A stretch of DNA of 32,000 nucleotides from Bacillota bacterium (lineage in GTDB: Bacteria; Bacillota; UBA4882; UBA10575): contig DUOH01000006.1 in NCBI GenBank assembly GCA_012838955.1, forward strand, positions 1-32,000, given 5' to 3'. The translations under genes were made by a program, and so were the position numbers. Below the pieces are notes generated by a model. That model was not told the origin of the DNA. It did not search any database and worked only from the letters and a program-made list of their open reading frames with translations. Shown here one piece after another: positions 24,701 to 32,000 of this stretch (the first letter of the stretch is position 1; each line of letters starts with the position of its first letter).

Positions 24701-26635
24701 TTACCGGGTGGCAGTGTTGAACTCCGTTACCGGATTTCTAATCAAAGCCCTTTTGATAAATTCTCCCCAATATTGGGCGGCAGTTCCGCTACTGATTACT
24801 TGCCCGTTGACATGTAACGGAGAACGGTCATCATTTCCAATCCACAAGACAGCCAATAACTCCGGGGTATAACCGATAAACCAGGCATCCGTATTCTTAT
24901 CCGAGGTTCCGGTCTTCCCCGCCGCCGGTCGGCCCGGATTGGCACGTCGGCCTGTCCCCCTGGTGATTACCCCTTTCATCATATCGGTAACCATAAGGGC
25001 GGTGATGGGCTGAATCACCTGCTCCTGGATGATTCTGCCTCTGCGTAGCACCCGGCCGACACTGTCCTCTACTCGCAACACAGCCAGGGGCATGGATTTA
25101 ACCCCCTGGTTGGCTAAGGGCGTGAAAGAACGGGCCAATTCCAACAGATTCACCCCTTTAGTCAATCCGCCCAAAGCCAAAGGGGCAAGGGCCTGATCAT
25201 TACGGACCCCGGAAGCGACCAGCGGTAATCCCATCCGTTCGATAAAGGAAAATACCTGTTTAATTCCTAGCTCATGCACCAGACGCACAGAGACGGTATT
25301 GACAGATTCCTCCAAAGCCTGGCGCAGAGGGATATAACCGCGATACTGATCGTCAAAATTCCGGGGTCGCCATGGACGCCCGTTAATCATATAAACCGCC
25401 AGCTCGTCCAGGACCGGAGTTTCCGGGGTGAATCCGGATTCCACGGCTGCGGCGAAGACCAACGGCTTGATGGCCGACCCAATTTGACGGTACACCTTGG
25501 AGACTCTGTTGATGGGAGAAAACCGGTAGTTTCTTCCTCCAACCAGCGCCCTGATCTCCCCGGTATGTGGGTCAAGGGCGACCAAGGCGGCTTGAGGGCT
25601 TCCTTCTTCATTCGCCGGCAAGGAAGCAATGATCTCCTCGGCTACTTTCTGTATATACAGATCTAAAGTGGTATGGATCCGTAGACCGCCGGCCCGGATA
25701 AACTCCACCGGCCAGTTATACTCTTCCTCCAGAAACTCCTGGACATAGTCGGCAAAATAACTGCCGCTGACAATATTCTCCGGTTTAACCTTCACCCGCA
25801 ATCGCTCACTTATTCCTCGCCGGTACTCTTCTTCCGTAATCACCTGCTCCTGCCGGAGTTTCCCCATGACTAGATTCCGGCGCTCCGTAGCGATCTCCAG
25901 GTTACGAAAGGGCGAATAGTGTTCGGGTCCGCGAATCAAACCGGCCAGCATGGCCAGCTCCCCCAGTTGCAGTTCCCAAACATGGCGGTCAAAATAGAAA
26001 CGGGAAGCCGCCTCCACTCCATAGATCCCATGACCAAAATAGATTTGATTCAGATAATACTCGAGGATCTGGTCTTTCGTATACTTTTGGTCTATACGGA
26101 CAGCATACCCCGCTTCCACCAGTTTTCTGGAGATGGTCTTTTCATTAGTCAAAAAGATGTTTTTGGCCAGCTGTTGAGTGATTGTGCTTCCCCCCTGAGC
26201 AGCACAGCCGGAGCGAATATTCTGCAGAAAAGCCCGGAGTATCCCGCGAAAATTCACCCCCTGGTGCTCATAGAATTGCCGATCCTCCAAGACTACTATA
26301 GCCTGGCGCAGCAAGAAAGGGATACGCTCCAAAGAAACCCAGATCACCCGGGACGGATTCAAGGTGAGCACCGTCTCTCCATTCCGGTCAAGAATGACGG
26401 AAGCGCGCCTGCTTTCCGCCAAAAGCTCTTCCAGATCGAAGTCAGCAATAAAGGGGTTGAATAAGACTAAGACAGTTAAAGCCAGGACAATAATGATGAG
26501 AAAAGTAACCACCCAGCGAAAAAAGGAATACAACGGGCGTTGTTGCTGACGGTTATTCTTTTTCCGGCGCCGGATTCTTCTCCCAGGCGCCTGTATTACG
26601 CGTGCAATGGGCGGGCGTCTTCGTCTGCTGGACAA
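24701..26635 (-). CDS. class A penicillin-binding protein (GT51 transglycosylase + transpeptidase)
   Basis: 644 aa with a TTG start after AGAGGG. Basic cytoplasmic tail and one TM helix. GT51 motifs: VVLEDRQFYEHQGVNFRGILRA, GGSTITQQLAKN, RKLVEA, KDQILEYYLNQIYFG. Transpeptidase motifs: SAIKP, SVN, KTGTS. Confidence 0.9.
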   Translation of the reverse strand: MSSRRRRPPIARVIQAPGRRIRRRKKNNRQQQRPLYSFFRWVVTFLIIIVLALTVLVLFNPFIADFDLEELLAESRRASVILDRNGETVLTLNPSRVIWVSLERIPFLLRQAIVVLEDRQFYEHQGVNFRGILRAFLQNIRSGCAAQGGSTITQQLAKNIFLTNEKTISRKLVEAGYAVRIDQKYTKDQILEYYLNQIYFGHGIYGVEAASRFYFDRHVWELQLGELAMLAGLIRGPEHYSPFRNLEIATERRNLVMGKLRQEQVITEEEYRRGISERLRVKVKPENIVSGSYFADYVQEFLEEEYNWPVEFIRAGGLRIHTTLDLYIQKVAEEIIASLPANEEGSPQAALVALDPHTGEIRALVGGRNYRFSPINRVSKVYRQIGSAIKPLVFAAAVESGFTPETPVLDELAVYMINGRPWRPRNFDDQYRGYIPLRQALEESVNTVSVRLVHELGIKQVFSFIERMGLPLVASGVRNDQALAPLALGGLTKGVNLLELARSFTPLANQGVKSMPLAVLRVEDSVGRVLRRGRIIQEQVIQPITALMVTDMMKGVITRGTGRRANPGRPAAGKTGTSDKNTDAWFIGYTPELLAVLWIGNDDRSPLHVNGQVISSGTAAQYWGEFIKRALIRNPVTEFNTATR

Positions 26636-26716
26636 GGTGAAACCCTCTTTAGCATTTTTTCTCTGCCGAAATTGAAAGATCAGTTTTTAGGATAACCGAA
26701 AAAAGAAAATGAAGAC

Positions 26717-26745
26717 AAAAAAAAAAGAACCCGACCTCGGGGTTC
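26717..26745 (-). terminator. Rho-independent terminator after the small zinc-ribbon ORF
   Basis: The minus strand reads GAACCC-CGAGGTC-GGGTTC followed by T10. Confidence 0.85.
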
Positions 26746-26839
26746 AGCGCGCATTTTGGCGCAAAGCGCCCTTGCGGGCCGGAACTTCTCTTTTTGCGCT
26801 TTCTCGTTAAATCTTTCTATTTGGCCGTGTTTGCCGGAT

Positions 26840-26986
26840 TTAGAAAGTGAAGAAGAAGTTCCATTTCTTTGTCTGAGTGGTGTTTTTGTATTCACCATGT
26901 TTGCTCAGTTCCTTGCTGCACTTGGGGCAGTATACCTCCCACCCTTTCAGAACTTGCAAGCAATCAGGACATTTTTTCATCATCAT
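26840..26986 (-). CDS. small zinc-ribbon protein (48 aa), not in the ORF track
   Basis: My translation: MMMKKCPDCLQVLKGWEVYCPKCSKELSKHGEYKNTTQTKKWNFFFTF*. Two CPxC knuckles lie 11 aa apart. AAGGAGGAA sits immediately upstream, so the 2nd or 3rd ATG probably has the best spacing. A TATAAT lies upstream at 27011-27016 and a dedicated terminator lies downstream. Confidence 0.6.
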   Translation of the reverse strand: MMMKKCPDCLQVLKGWEVYCPKCSKELSKHGEYKNTTQTKKWNFFFTF

Positions 26987-27010
26987 TTCCTCCTTATTTC
27001 TTATTTCACT

Positions 27011-27016
27011 ATTATA
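27011..27016 (-). promoter_or_regulatory. candidate -10 box (TATAAT) for the zinc-ribbon ORF
   Basis: The minus strand reads GCGGTAGTATAATAGTG about 25 nt upstream of the ATG cluster. The -35 is poor (T-rich). Confidence 0.3.
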
Positions 27017-27307
27017 CTACCGCATCATGGTAAAAAATAAAGTAAGGAATGATTAAAAAGGTTAAAAAAGGTATTTAAGGAAGTGTAACGGAAAAATTTT
27101 GCCTTTGTTACTGATTGATGGATCCCTGCCCTAGAAGCAAAGGATTCCAGCAGGATATGACTCTGAGCAGGTTCTTGGTCTAAAGAAGCAAGAATGCGCT
27201 TCAGGCTTTGAAGCGGGATTCCCGATAGGTAAGAAAATTCTTCTCACCCTTGAAAAGTGGAATTATTCGCTGCCATCTTGGAAAACCTGAGAAGCGAGGT
27301 GGATGTG

Positions 27308-27763
27308 ATGGCCAAGAAGAAACTCAACCCCAAGCAAGAAAAGTACCAGCAAAAAGTCAAGAAATACGAGTCCAAACCCGCTCTTTTCAAAAACGCCTTC
27401 CAAGCCTTCGTCAGCGGAGGCTTGGTTTGCCTGATCGGCCAAGGTTTCATCGACTTTTATGCCGCAGTGATGAATCTACCGAAGAAAGAAGCGAGTAATC
27501 CTGCAGTGGCGACCATGATCCTCATCGGCGCCCTACTGACAGCCTTTGGTGTCTTCGACAAATTAGCGGCTTACGCCGGGGCAGGTTTATCCGTTCCAGT
27601 CACCGGGTTCGCAAATTCCGTAGTCTCAGCCGGCCTGGAGTTTAAGGAAGAGGGACTGGTTCAAGGAGTGGGAGCAAAAATCTTCTCTCTGGCTGGCCCG
27701 GTAATTACTTTTGGGGTGGTGACCGCCTTTTTTGTCGGATTGATTCATGCCTTGATCAGGTAA
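27308..27763 (+). CDS. spoVAC: stage V sporulation protein AC (SpoVAC)
   Basis: The track ORF starts at 27257. I prefer ATG 27308, 6 nt after GAGGTG. Shows MAKKKLNPKQ...KPALFKNAFQAFVSGGLVCLIGQ...GAGLSVPVTGFANSVVSAGLEFKEEGLV...GPVITFG, a typical 4-TM SpoVAC. Confidence 0.9.
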   Translation: MAKKKLNPKQEKYQQKVKKYESKPALFKNAFQAFVSGGLVCLIGQGFIDFYAAVMNLPKKEASNPAVATMILIGALLTAFGVFDKLAAYAGAGLSVPVTGFANSVVSAGLEFKEEGLVQGVGAKIFSLAGPVITFGVVTAFFVGLIHALIR

Positions 27764-27880
27764 ATCCCGGTCCGGTCGGTCACAAATGAATTTGACCTTA
27801 ATTCACAGTAAGTGGTCCAAGAGAGGCAAAGGCTCATCTGTCTGATCTAAAGCCCCGCGCGGAAAGAGGAGGTAAAAAAT

Positions 27881-28891
27881 TTGGGTAAAAAAGCAGGCAA
27901 GCAGACTTTTGAAATCTCCAATCCCCCTACGATCATCAGCACCGGTACAGTGGCCGGCCCTTTTGAAGGTCAAGGCCCGCTCGCCTCTGATCTGGATGTG
28001 ATCGTCAGCGACATCAGAGACGGGCAGACCACCTACGAACAAGGGGAACGCTCCATGTTGACCAAAGCCTGCCGCTTGGCTCTGGACCACGCCAGCCACT
28101 CCATCTCAGAGGTTGATCTGTTTTTAGCAGGTGATCTTTTAAATCAGATCATCTCTTCCAGCTTCACCGCAGCCACTCTCGGCCTCCCTTACTTGGGACT
28201 ATATGGGGCCTGCTCCGCTATGGCCGAGGGGCTAGGCCTCGGAGCGATGATTTTAGACGGAGGTTTTGTCGGCTCCGTGCTGGTCGCGACCTCAAGCCAT
28301 AATTCCGCCACCGAGCGTCAATACAGATACCCCACGGAATACGGGGGACAACGCCGCCCTTACCAACAGTGGACAGTAACCGGAGCAGGCGCGGCACTCC
28401 TTGGTTATACCGGTTCCGGCCCGCGAATAACAGCGGTCACTGTCGGCAAAGTGATCGATATGGGCTGTAAAGACCCGCTCAATATGGGGGCAGCCATGGC
28501 GCCGGCGGCCGCCGATACCATCGCCGCATACTTCTCGGATACAAAATCGGATCCAAGTTCCTTGGACCTAATTTTCACCGGTGACTTGGGAGAAGTCGGG
28601 CTGAACCTGTGCAGGGAAGAATTGGCGGAGGCAGGGATTGAGCTTGGAGATAAATTACATGATTGCGGACTGATGATTTATGACCGGACAAAACAGGATG
28701 TGCACGCCGGAGGCAGCGGCTGCGCTGCCTCGGCTTTAGTTTTTTTAGGCCACGTCTATAAGGGCCTTCAAAAAAAAGAGATGAACAGAGTACTACTGAT
28801 CGGCACCGGGTCCCTCCATAGTCCCACCAGTTATATGCAGGGGGAAAATATCCCATGTATCGCCCATGCCGTACGAATTGAGAGGGGATGA
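27881..28891 (+). CDS. spoVAD: stage V sporulation protein AD (SpoVAD, thiolase-like fold)
   Basis: 336 aa with a TTG start 8 nt after GGAGG. Shows TVAGPFEGQGPL, GDLLNQI, YLGLYGACS, ATSSHNSATERQYRYPTEYGGQRRP, HAGGSGCA, TGSLHSPTS. Confidence 0.95.
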   Translation: MGKKAGKQTFEISNPPTIISTGTVAGPFEGQGPLASDLDVIVSDIRDGQTTYEQGERSMLTKACRLALDHASHSISEVDLFLAGDLLNQIISSSFTAATLGLPYLGLYGACSAMAEGLGLGAMILDGGFVGSVLVATSSHNSATERQYRYPTEYGGQRRPYQQWTVTGAGAALLGYTGSGPRITAVTVGKVIDMGCKDPLNMGAAMAPAAADTIAAYFSDTKSDPSSLDLIFTGDLGEVGLNLCREELAEAGIELGDKLHDCGLMIYDRTKQDVHAGGSGCAASALVFLGHVYKGLQKKEMNRVLLIGTGSLHSPTSYMQGENIPCIAHAVRIERG

Positions 28892-29024
28892 TCTCGTGGC
28901 TCGTATTGAAAGACTGCCTTTGCTGGCCTTATCTTTGGAACCTCGCCCGGAAAAAATACTGGAAACCGGAGGCTAAATTCTGAATGCCTAATTCTCACTT
29001 CTGACTAGACAAGGAGTGGTTAGA

Positions 29025-29384
29025 ATGAATTGGATGCTATACGTCAACGCCTTTTGGGTCGGTGGGCTCATCTGCATGCTCTCGCAATTACTCTTTGACA
29101 CCACCACATTGAATATGGGACAGATCCTCACCGGCCTGACCGTACTCGGGGGAATCCTGGGCGGCTTTGGCCTCTATGATCCATTGATTGAATTTGCGGG
29201 GGGAGGCGCCGCCATGCCCATCATCAGTTTCGGCAACTCTCTGGCCAAAGGCGCCATTACCGAGGCGGAAAGAACCGGAATCATCGGGATTCTCACGGGA
29301 ATGTTCGAGCTGACCAGTACCGGGATTACTTCCGCCATCGTCTTCGGCTTTTTGGCGGCTGTAATTTTTAAGCCAAAAGGATAA
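29025..29384 (+). CDS. spoVAE: stage V sporulation protein AE (SpoVAEb-type membrane protein)
   Basis: ATG 29025 lies 8 nt after AAGGAG. Shows MNWMLYVNAFWVGGLICMLSQLL...GGGAAMPIISFGNSLAKG...GMFELTSTGITSAIVFGF. Confidence 0.9.
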   Translation: MNWMLYVNAFWVGGLICMLSQLLFDTTTLNMGQILTGLTVLGGILGGFGLYDPLIEFAGGGAAMPIISFGNSLAKGAITEAERTGIIGILTGMFELTSTGITSAIVFGFLAAVIFKPKG

Positions 29385-29416
29385 GGCGTGTATATTCCAG
29401 ACATGTATATTTTACG

Positions 29417-29439
29417 CACCCGTGAAGACTACACGGGTG
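29417..29439 (+). terminator. hairpin after spoVAE (weak terminator candidate, no T-tract)
   Basis: cacccgtg-aagacta-cacgggtg has an 8-bp perfect stem and lies 33 nt after the spoVAE stop. Confidence 0.3.
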
Positions 29440-29528
29440 TATACTACAAGAATATATACTACACTAGTGTATACTATAAAAGTATATACTACAAAAGTGT
29501 GTACAACACCAGTATAACACGAATTATC
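29439..29528. repeat. 15-bp tandem repeat array, 5-6 units (consensus RTATACTACAAnAGT)
   Basis: Units: gtatactacaagaat | atatactacactagt | gtatactataaaagt | atatactacaaaagt | gtgtacaacaccagt | ataacacgaattatc. The first base alternates G/A, so the real period may be 30 bp. Confidence 0.8.
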
Positions 29529-29689
29529 GAATCAAACCCATGTAAGATTGATTCCAAACTCCATCTCCCACTTTTAGCCGCAAAATTACCATTGTTCCCC
29601 GGCAATATAAAACAATGCCCTCGTAAGCTGTAAACGCTAGTGTAAAATTATTGTAGATTTGATGAAGGAGATATCTTTATAAAAGAGAA

Positions 29690-29744
29690 GAGGAACCACA
29701 TACTCTGTAAGAAAGAATCCTCCGGAAGGAGGCCAAGGTTCCTC
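29690..29744. other. nested inverted repeat upstream of the ADH-family gene
   Basis: GAGGAACC (29690-97) ... CCTCC-GGAA-GGAGG (29719-32) ... GGTTCCTC (29737-44). Confidence 0.5.
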
Positions 29745-29924
29745 ACGAATTTAAGTCGTTTAGTAGCAGAAAAAGTCCGCTCGGTTGTATTCAATTATAT
29801 GATGATTCGAATTACGGCTGACACTTAAAAAGTCACCCGGAACATAACTAAAATCACACTACGTTTTCCACTATTACCGGGTTTGAATATCTTCGCTGTT
29901 CAGCGATTTTAGTAGGTGAATAAG

Positions 29925-31322
29925 ATGATCACAATATCCCAAGAACAACATGGATTATGGAGTGTGCCCGGCCTTTGCGAACTTGACCCTACTCTCGGTC
30001 AAGTGGTTCTCAATCGGACTGCCTTCCCCGAGGCTGCCAAGGAGATTTTTTTTAGGCGCGGTTCTGCCGCACAGCAACTGACGAAAGCAATCGAAAAGAA
30101 ATCCTCCGCCGTTCTCGTTGTCGTCGGAGCGTCAAGCTCTAAAACCCAATCTATTCAAGAGAGTTTACAAAGGGTCTTTTCATTGGTTAGGAAAGTCCAG
30201 ATCTTTGAGGTTCAAGGCCACGCCGACCATCAAACGATCCGCAACGGTATAGAAGCTGTGCATAGAACCGACCCCGATCATTTGATCGTCATCGGCGGTG
30301 GCACCACTCTTGATGTGGGCAAAGCCATCGCCGGTTTAGCCCACCAAGAAGGTGGGGAAGGGATCACCCCTTTCCAAACAGGAGAAAGAGAGCTCAATCC
30401 GGATAAGGTTTTGCCATGGATTGCCGTACCGACCACCTCCGGTACTGGCTCGGAAAGCACCAATAATGCCGTGGTGGAACTGGGGGAAGAAAAACGCAGT
30501 ATTCGAAGGATCCCTCCCCCATCAATGATCATCGCCGACCCATGCCTGACCGATTCCCTACCACTCTCCTCCACCGTTATTTCGCTAGTAGACGCTGTAG
30601 CACAGTCCCTTGAGGTCATCACCCATGCTGCGGCTACTCCGGCGGTCCAAGCCCTCTCCCTCGCTGCCTTCCTCAATCTGGTCCAAGGGATGCAGGTGCT
30701 CATCCAAGATGAAAAAGATCCGTCCGGAGAATGGGTTCCTTCGGATAAGGAAGGCTCCTCCGCGAGAATAACTTCTGCACCGGCCGCCTCCAAACTTACC
30801 ATCAGTCCGGAGATCCGTACTACCTTAAGCTGGGGTAGTCTTTTGATGGGGATTGCCTTTGCCCACGCCGGGCTTGGCCTCCCCCATGCGCTGGTCCATT
30901 TCTGTATGAAATTCGGTTTGGCTCACGGGCAGATGGTAGGAATCCTGCTGGTTCCCGGATTGGCGGTTCAAGCCTTATCTGATGGGGAGTCCGCTCTCCG
31001 CCTGACCAGTGTGGAGCAGGCCTTTATTAACTCAGCTGAGGAAAATTCCCTGAACCTCAGCTTTGACCAAGAGACAACCACTTCTGCTGATCTTGATTTT
31101 AGCAAACTTCTGAGTTGGTTGGAGGGGTCCATTAGCAAATTATTTGCCCGGGTTGGTTTGGCGACTTCCCTGCAAAAAGCCGGTCTGAGCGCCGCCGACC
31201 TTGACTGGATTACCGCGCAAGAGCATGCCTTGGGCGCCTCCTTTGGTGTTCCGAAACGTCGAGCGACCAGAGACGAACTCCGGGCCGTCCTACAAAAGGC
31301 CTGGTCGAAACAGAGCTCATAA
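29925..31322 (+). CDS. iron-containing alcohol dehydrogenase family protein (divergent, with insertion)
   Basis: ATG 29925 lies 6 nt after AGGTG; the track start is GTG 29916. Shows GGGTTLDVGKAIA, VPTTSGTGSE, ADPCLTDSLP, and GLGLPHALVHFCMKFGLAHGQMVGILLVP. The DxxxH metal motif reads DAVAQ. Confidence 0.75.
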   Translation: MITISQEQHGLWSVPGLCELDPTLGQVVLNRTAFPEAAKEIFFRRGSAAQQLTKAIEKKSSAVLVVVGASSSKTQSIQESLQRVFSLVRKVQIFEVQGHADHQTIRNGIEAVHRTDPDHLIVIGGGTTLDVGKAIAGLAHQEGGEGITPFQTGERELNPDKVLPWIAVPTTSGTGSESTNNAVVELGEEKRSIRRIPPPSMIIADPCLTDSLPLSSTVISLVDAVAQSLEVITHAAATPAVQALSLAAFLNLVQGMQVLIQDEKDPSGEWVPSDKEGSSARITSAPAASKLTISPEIRTTLSWGSLLMGIAFAHAGLGLPHALVHFCMKFGLAHGQMVGILLVPGLAVQALSDGESALRLTSVEQAFINSAEENSLNLSFDQETTTSADLDFSKLLSWLEGSISKLFARVGLATSLQKAGLSAADLDWITAQEHALGASFGVPKRRATRDELRAVLQKAWSKQSS

Positions 31323-31615
31323 ATTTATCCGGAAAGTTGAAATATGACGAAGGCTTGTGAATTTGCCAGCTTGCCATTATGGCAAGAAAGACTTATAATA
31401 TATCACAACATGTATATATTTTAATGAAGCGAAGATAGAAAAGAAAATTGCTCGTGCTTGATGGGCTTACCCATAGCCAATCGCTTCTTAACATCTAAAC
31501 AAAAGACTATTTTGGTGAGTTCTTGGTTTCAACGTTCTGTACTTAGGCAAATGATAATAGTATTATTGCAAACTGGGATAGAACCGGCATGAACTGCAGT
31601 AGGAGGATTCCCCTT

Positions 31616-32000
31616 TTGTTCAGACCAATAACCTTAAACGATTTGTCATTATACAAAAAACATGTTCACCACGGGATTGAAGTCTCTGATCTTTCTTTTG
31701 TCTCTCTTTATATCTGGAGAGATTCCTATCAAGTCAAATTAGCTGAATATAAGGAGGCTCTCTTATTTCTCTGTGTCTACCAGAAAGAAACCTATCTCCT
31801 CCCTCCGCTAGGCAAGAGTGAAGCATTCCTTCCCTTGCTAAAGGAGGCGGTCTCCTATTTTCACCGGCAAGGAATGCCTTTCAAAATGAAAGCCGTCCCC
31901 CCCGGAACCGCCGAGTTCCTCCAGGCTAATCTACCCGGCTGCTATAGTCTGGTCCCGGACCGAAAAATTTGGGATTATATCTATCTGACCAAAGACTTGA
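31616..32000 (+). CDS. DUF2156-like protein (lysyl-phosphatidylglycerol synthase C-terminal domain fold), N-terminal part only
   Basis: My translation from TTG 31616, 9 nt after AGGAGG: MFRPITLNDLSLYKKHVHHGIEVSDLSFVSLYIWRDSYQVKLAEYKEALLFLCVYQ...DRKIWDYIYLTKDL, open to the window edge. The pattern (PITL.D...Y......SD.SF..LY.WR..Y) matches my memory of DUF2156 N-termini. Confidence 0.55.
   Translation, partial: MFRPITLNDLSLYKKHVHHGIEVSDLSFVSLYIWRDSYQVKLAEYKEALLFLCVYQKETYLLPPLGKSEAFLPLLKEAVSYFHRQGMPFKMKAVPPGTAEFLQANLPGCYSLVPDRKIWDYIYLTKDL

Noticed and set aside
26680-27040. Track ORFs 26680-26898 (-) 72 aa and 26756-27040 (+) 94 aa
   Set aside because: Both overlap the better-supported 48-aa zinc-ribbon ORF, its terminator, or its 3' UTR. 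They lack SD sequences and have low-complexity, implausible sequences.
29401-31423. Near-identical motif ACATGTATAT(AT)TTTA on both sides of the ADH-family gene (29401-29414 and 31408-31423); considered as direct repeats flanking an inserted segment
   Set aside because: The match is only 14-16 bp of AT-rich sequence with an indel. A chance match is plausible in a 32-kb window. No integrase or transposase is present, and I could see no obvious compositional break.
31344-31424. 26-codon ORF (MTKACEFASLPLWQERLIIYHNMYIF) and the hairpin cttgcca-tta-tggcaag (31370-31386) after the ADH gene
   Set aside because: The SD (GGAAAG) is weak and no features support coding. The hairpin has a 7-bp stem without a T-tract, so it is at best a weak terminator.
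1-32000. Search for CRISPR arrays, tRNA/rRNA genes, IS elements, integrases, toxin-antitoxin pairs or known defence-system genes
   Set aside because: Nothing fits. The only tandem repeats are 12-16 bp units without spacers. No ORF shows transposase, integrase, nuclease-helicase or other defence-type motifs. The window reads as core envelope and sporulation chromosome.

Overview
The window looks like chromosomal DNA (about 50% GC by eye) from an endospore-forming Firmicute with an LPS outer membrane. Candidate lineages are Negativicutes, Halanaerobiales or Limnochordia; I cannot name the organism. Bases 1-26986 form one co-directional minus-strand run of about 22 genes. The strand switches at about 27.0-27.3 kb and everything after that is on the plus strand. 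Minus run, by coordinate: a partial yhaM-like exoribonuclease, a YprB-like RNase-H-fold exonuclease and a LUD-domain protein. Next comes an LPS-transport block (lptA, lptC, lptD, one lptF/G permease) and a clean terminator. Then lpxD, an unclassifiable membrane-anchored coiled-coil protein, skp/ompH, bamA, a 1600-aa tamB and a secreted S55 (SpoIVB-type) peptidase-domain protein. After these come pilB, pilD, an SLT lytic transglycosylase, an AcsE/MeTr-like pterin-binding methyltransferase with a roughly 180-nt leader, a class A PBP, and a 48-aa zinc-ribbon ORF missing from the ORF track. Plus run: spoVAC-spoVAD-spoVAE, a 530-bp AT-rich spacer carrying a 15-bp tandem-repeat array, a divergent Fe-ADH-family protein, and the start of a DUF2156-like gene. 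I found no rRNA, tRNA, CRISPR array, transposase or recognisable defence system. The main point of interest is that a compact outer-membrane biogenesis supercluster sits in the same window as a sporulation operon. Secondary points are the uncharacterised genes embedded in that cluster (the coiled-coil protein and the S55-domain protein) and several unexplained non-coding structures. All functional calls rest on motif recognition by eye; no database search was possible.
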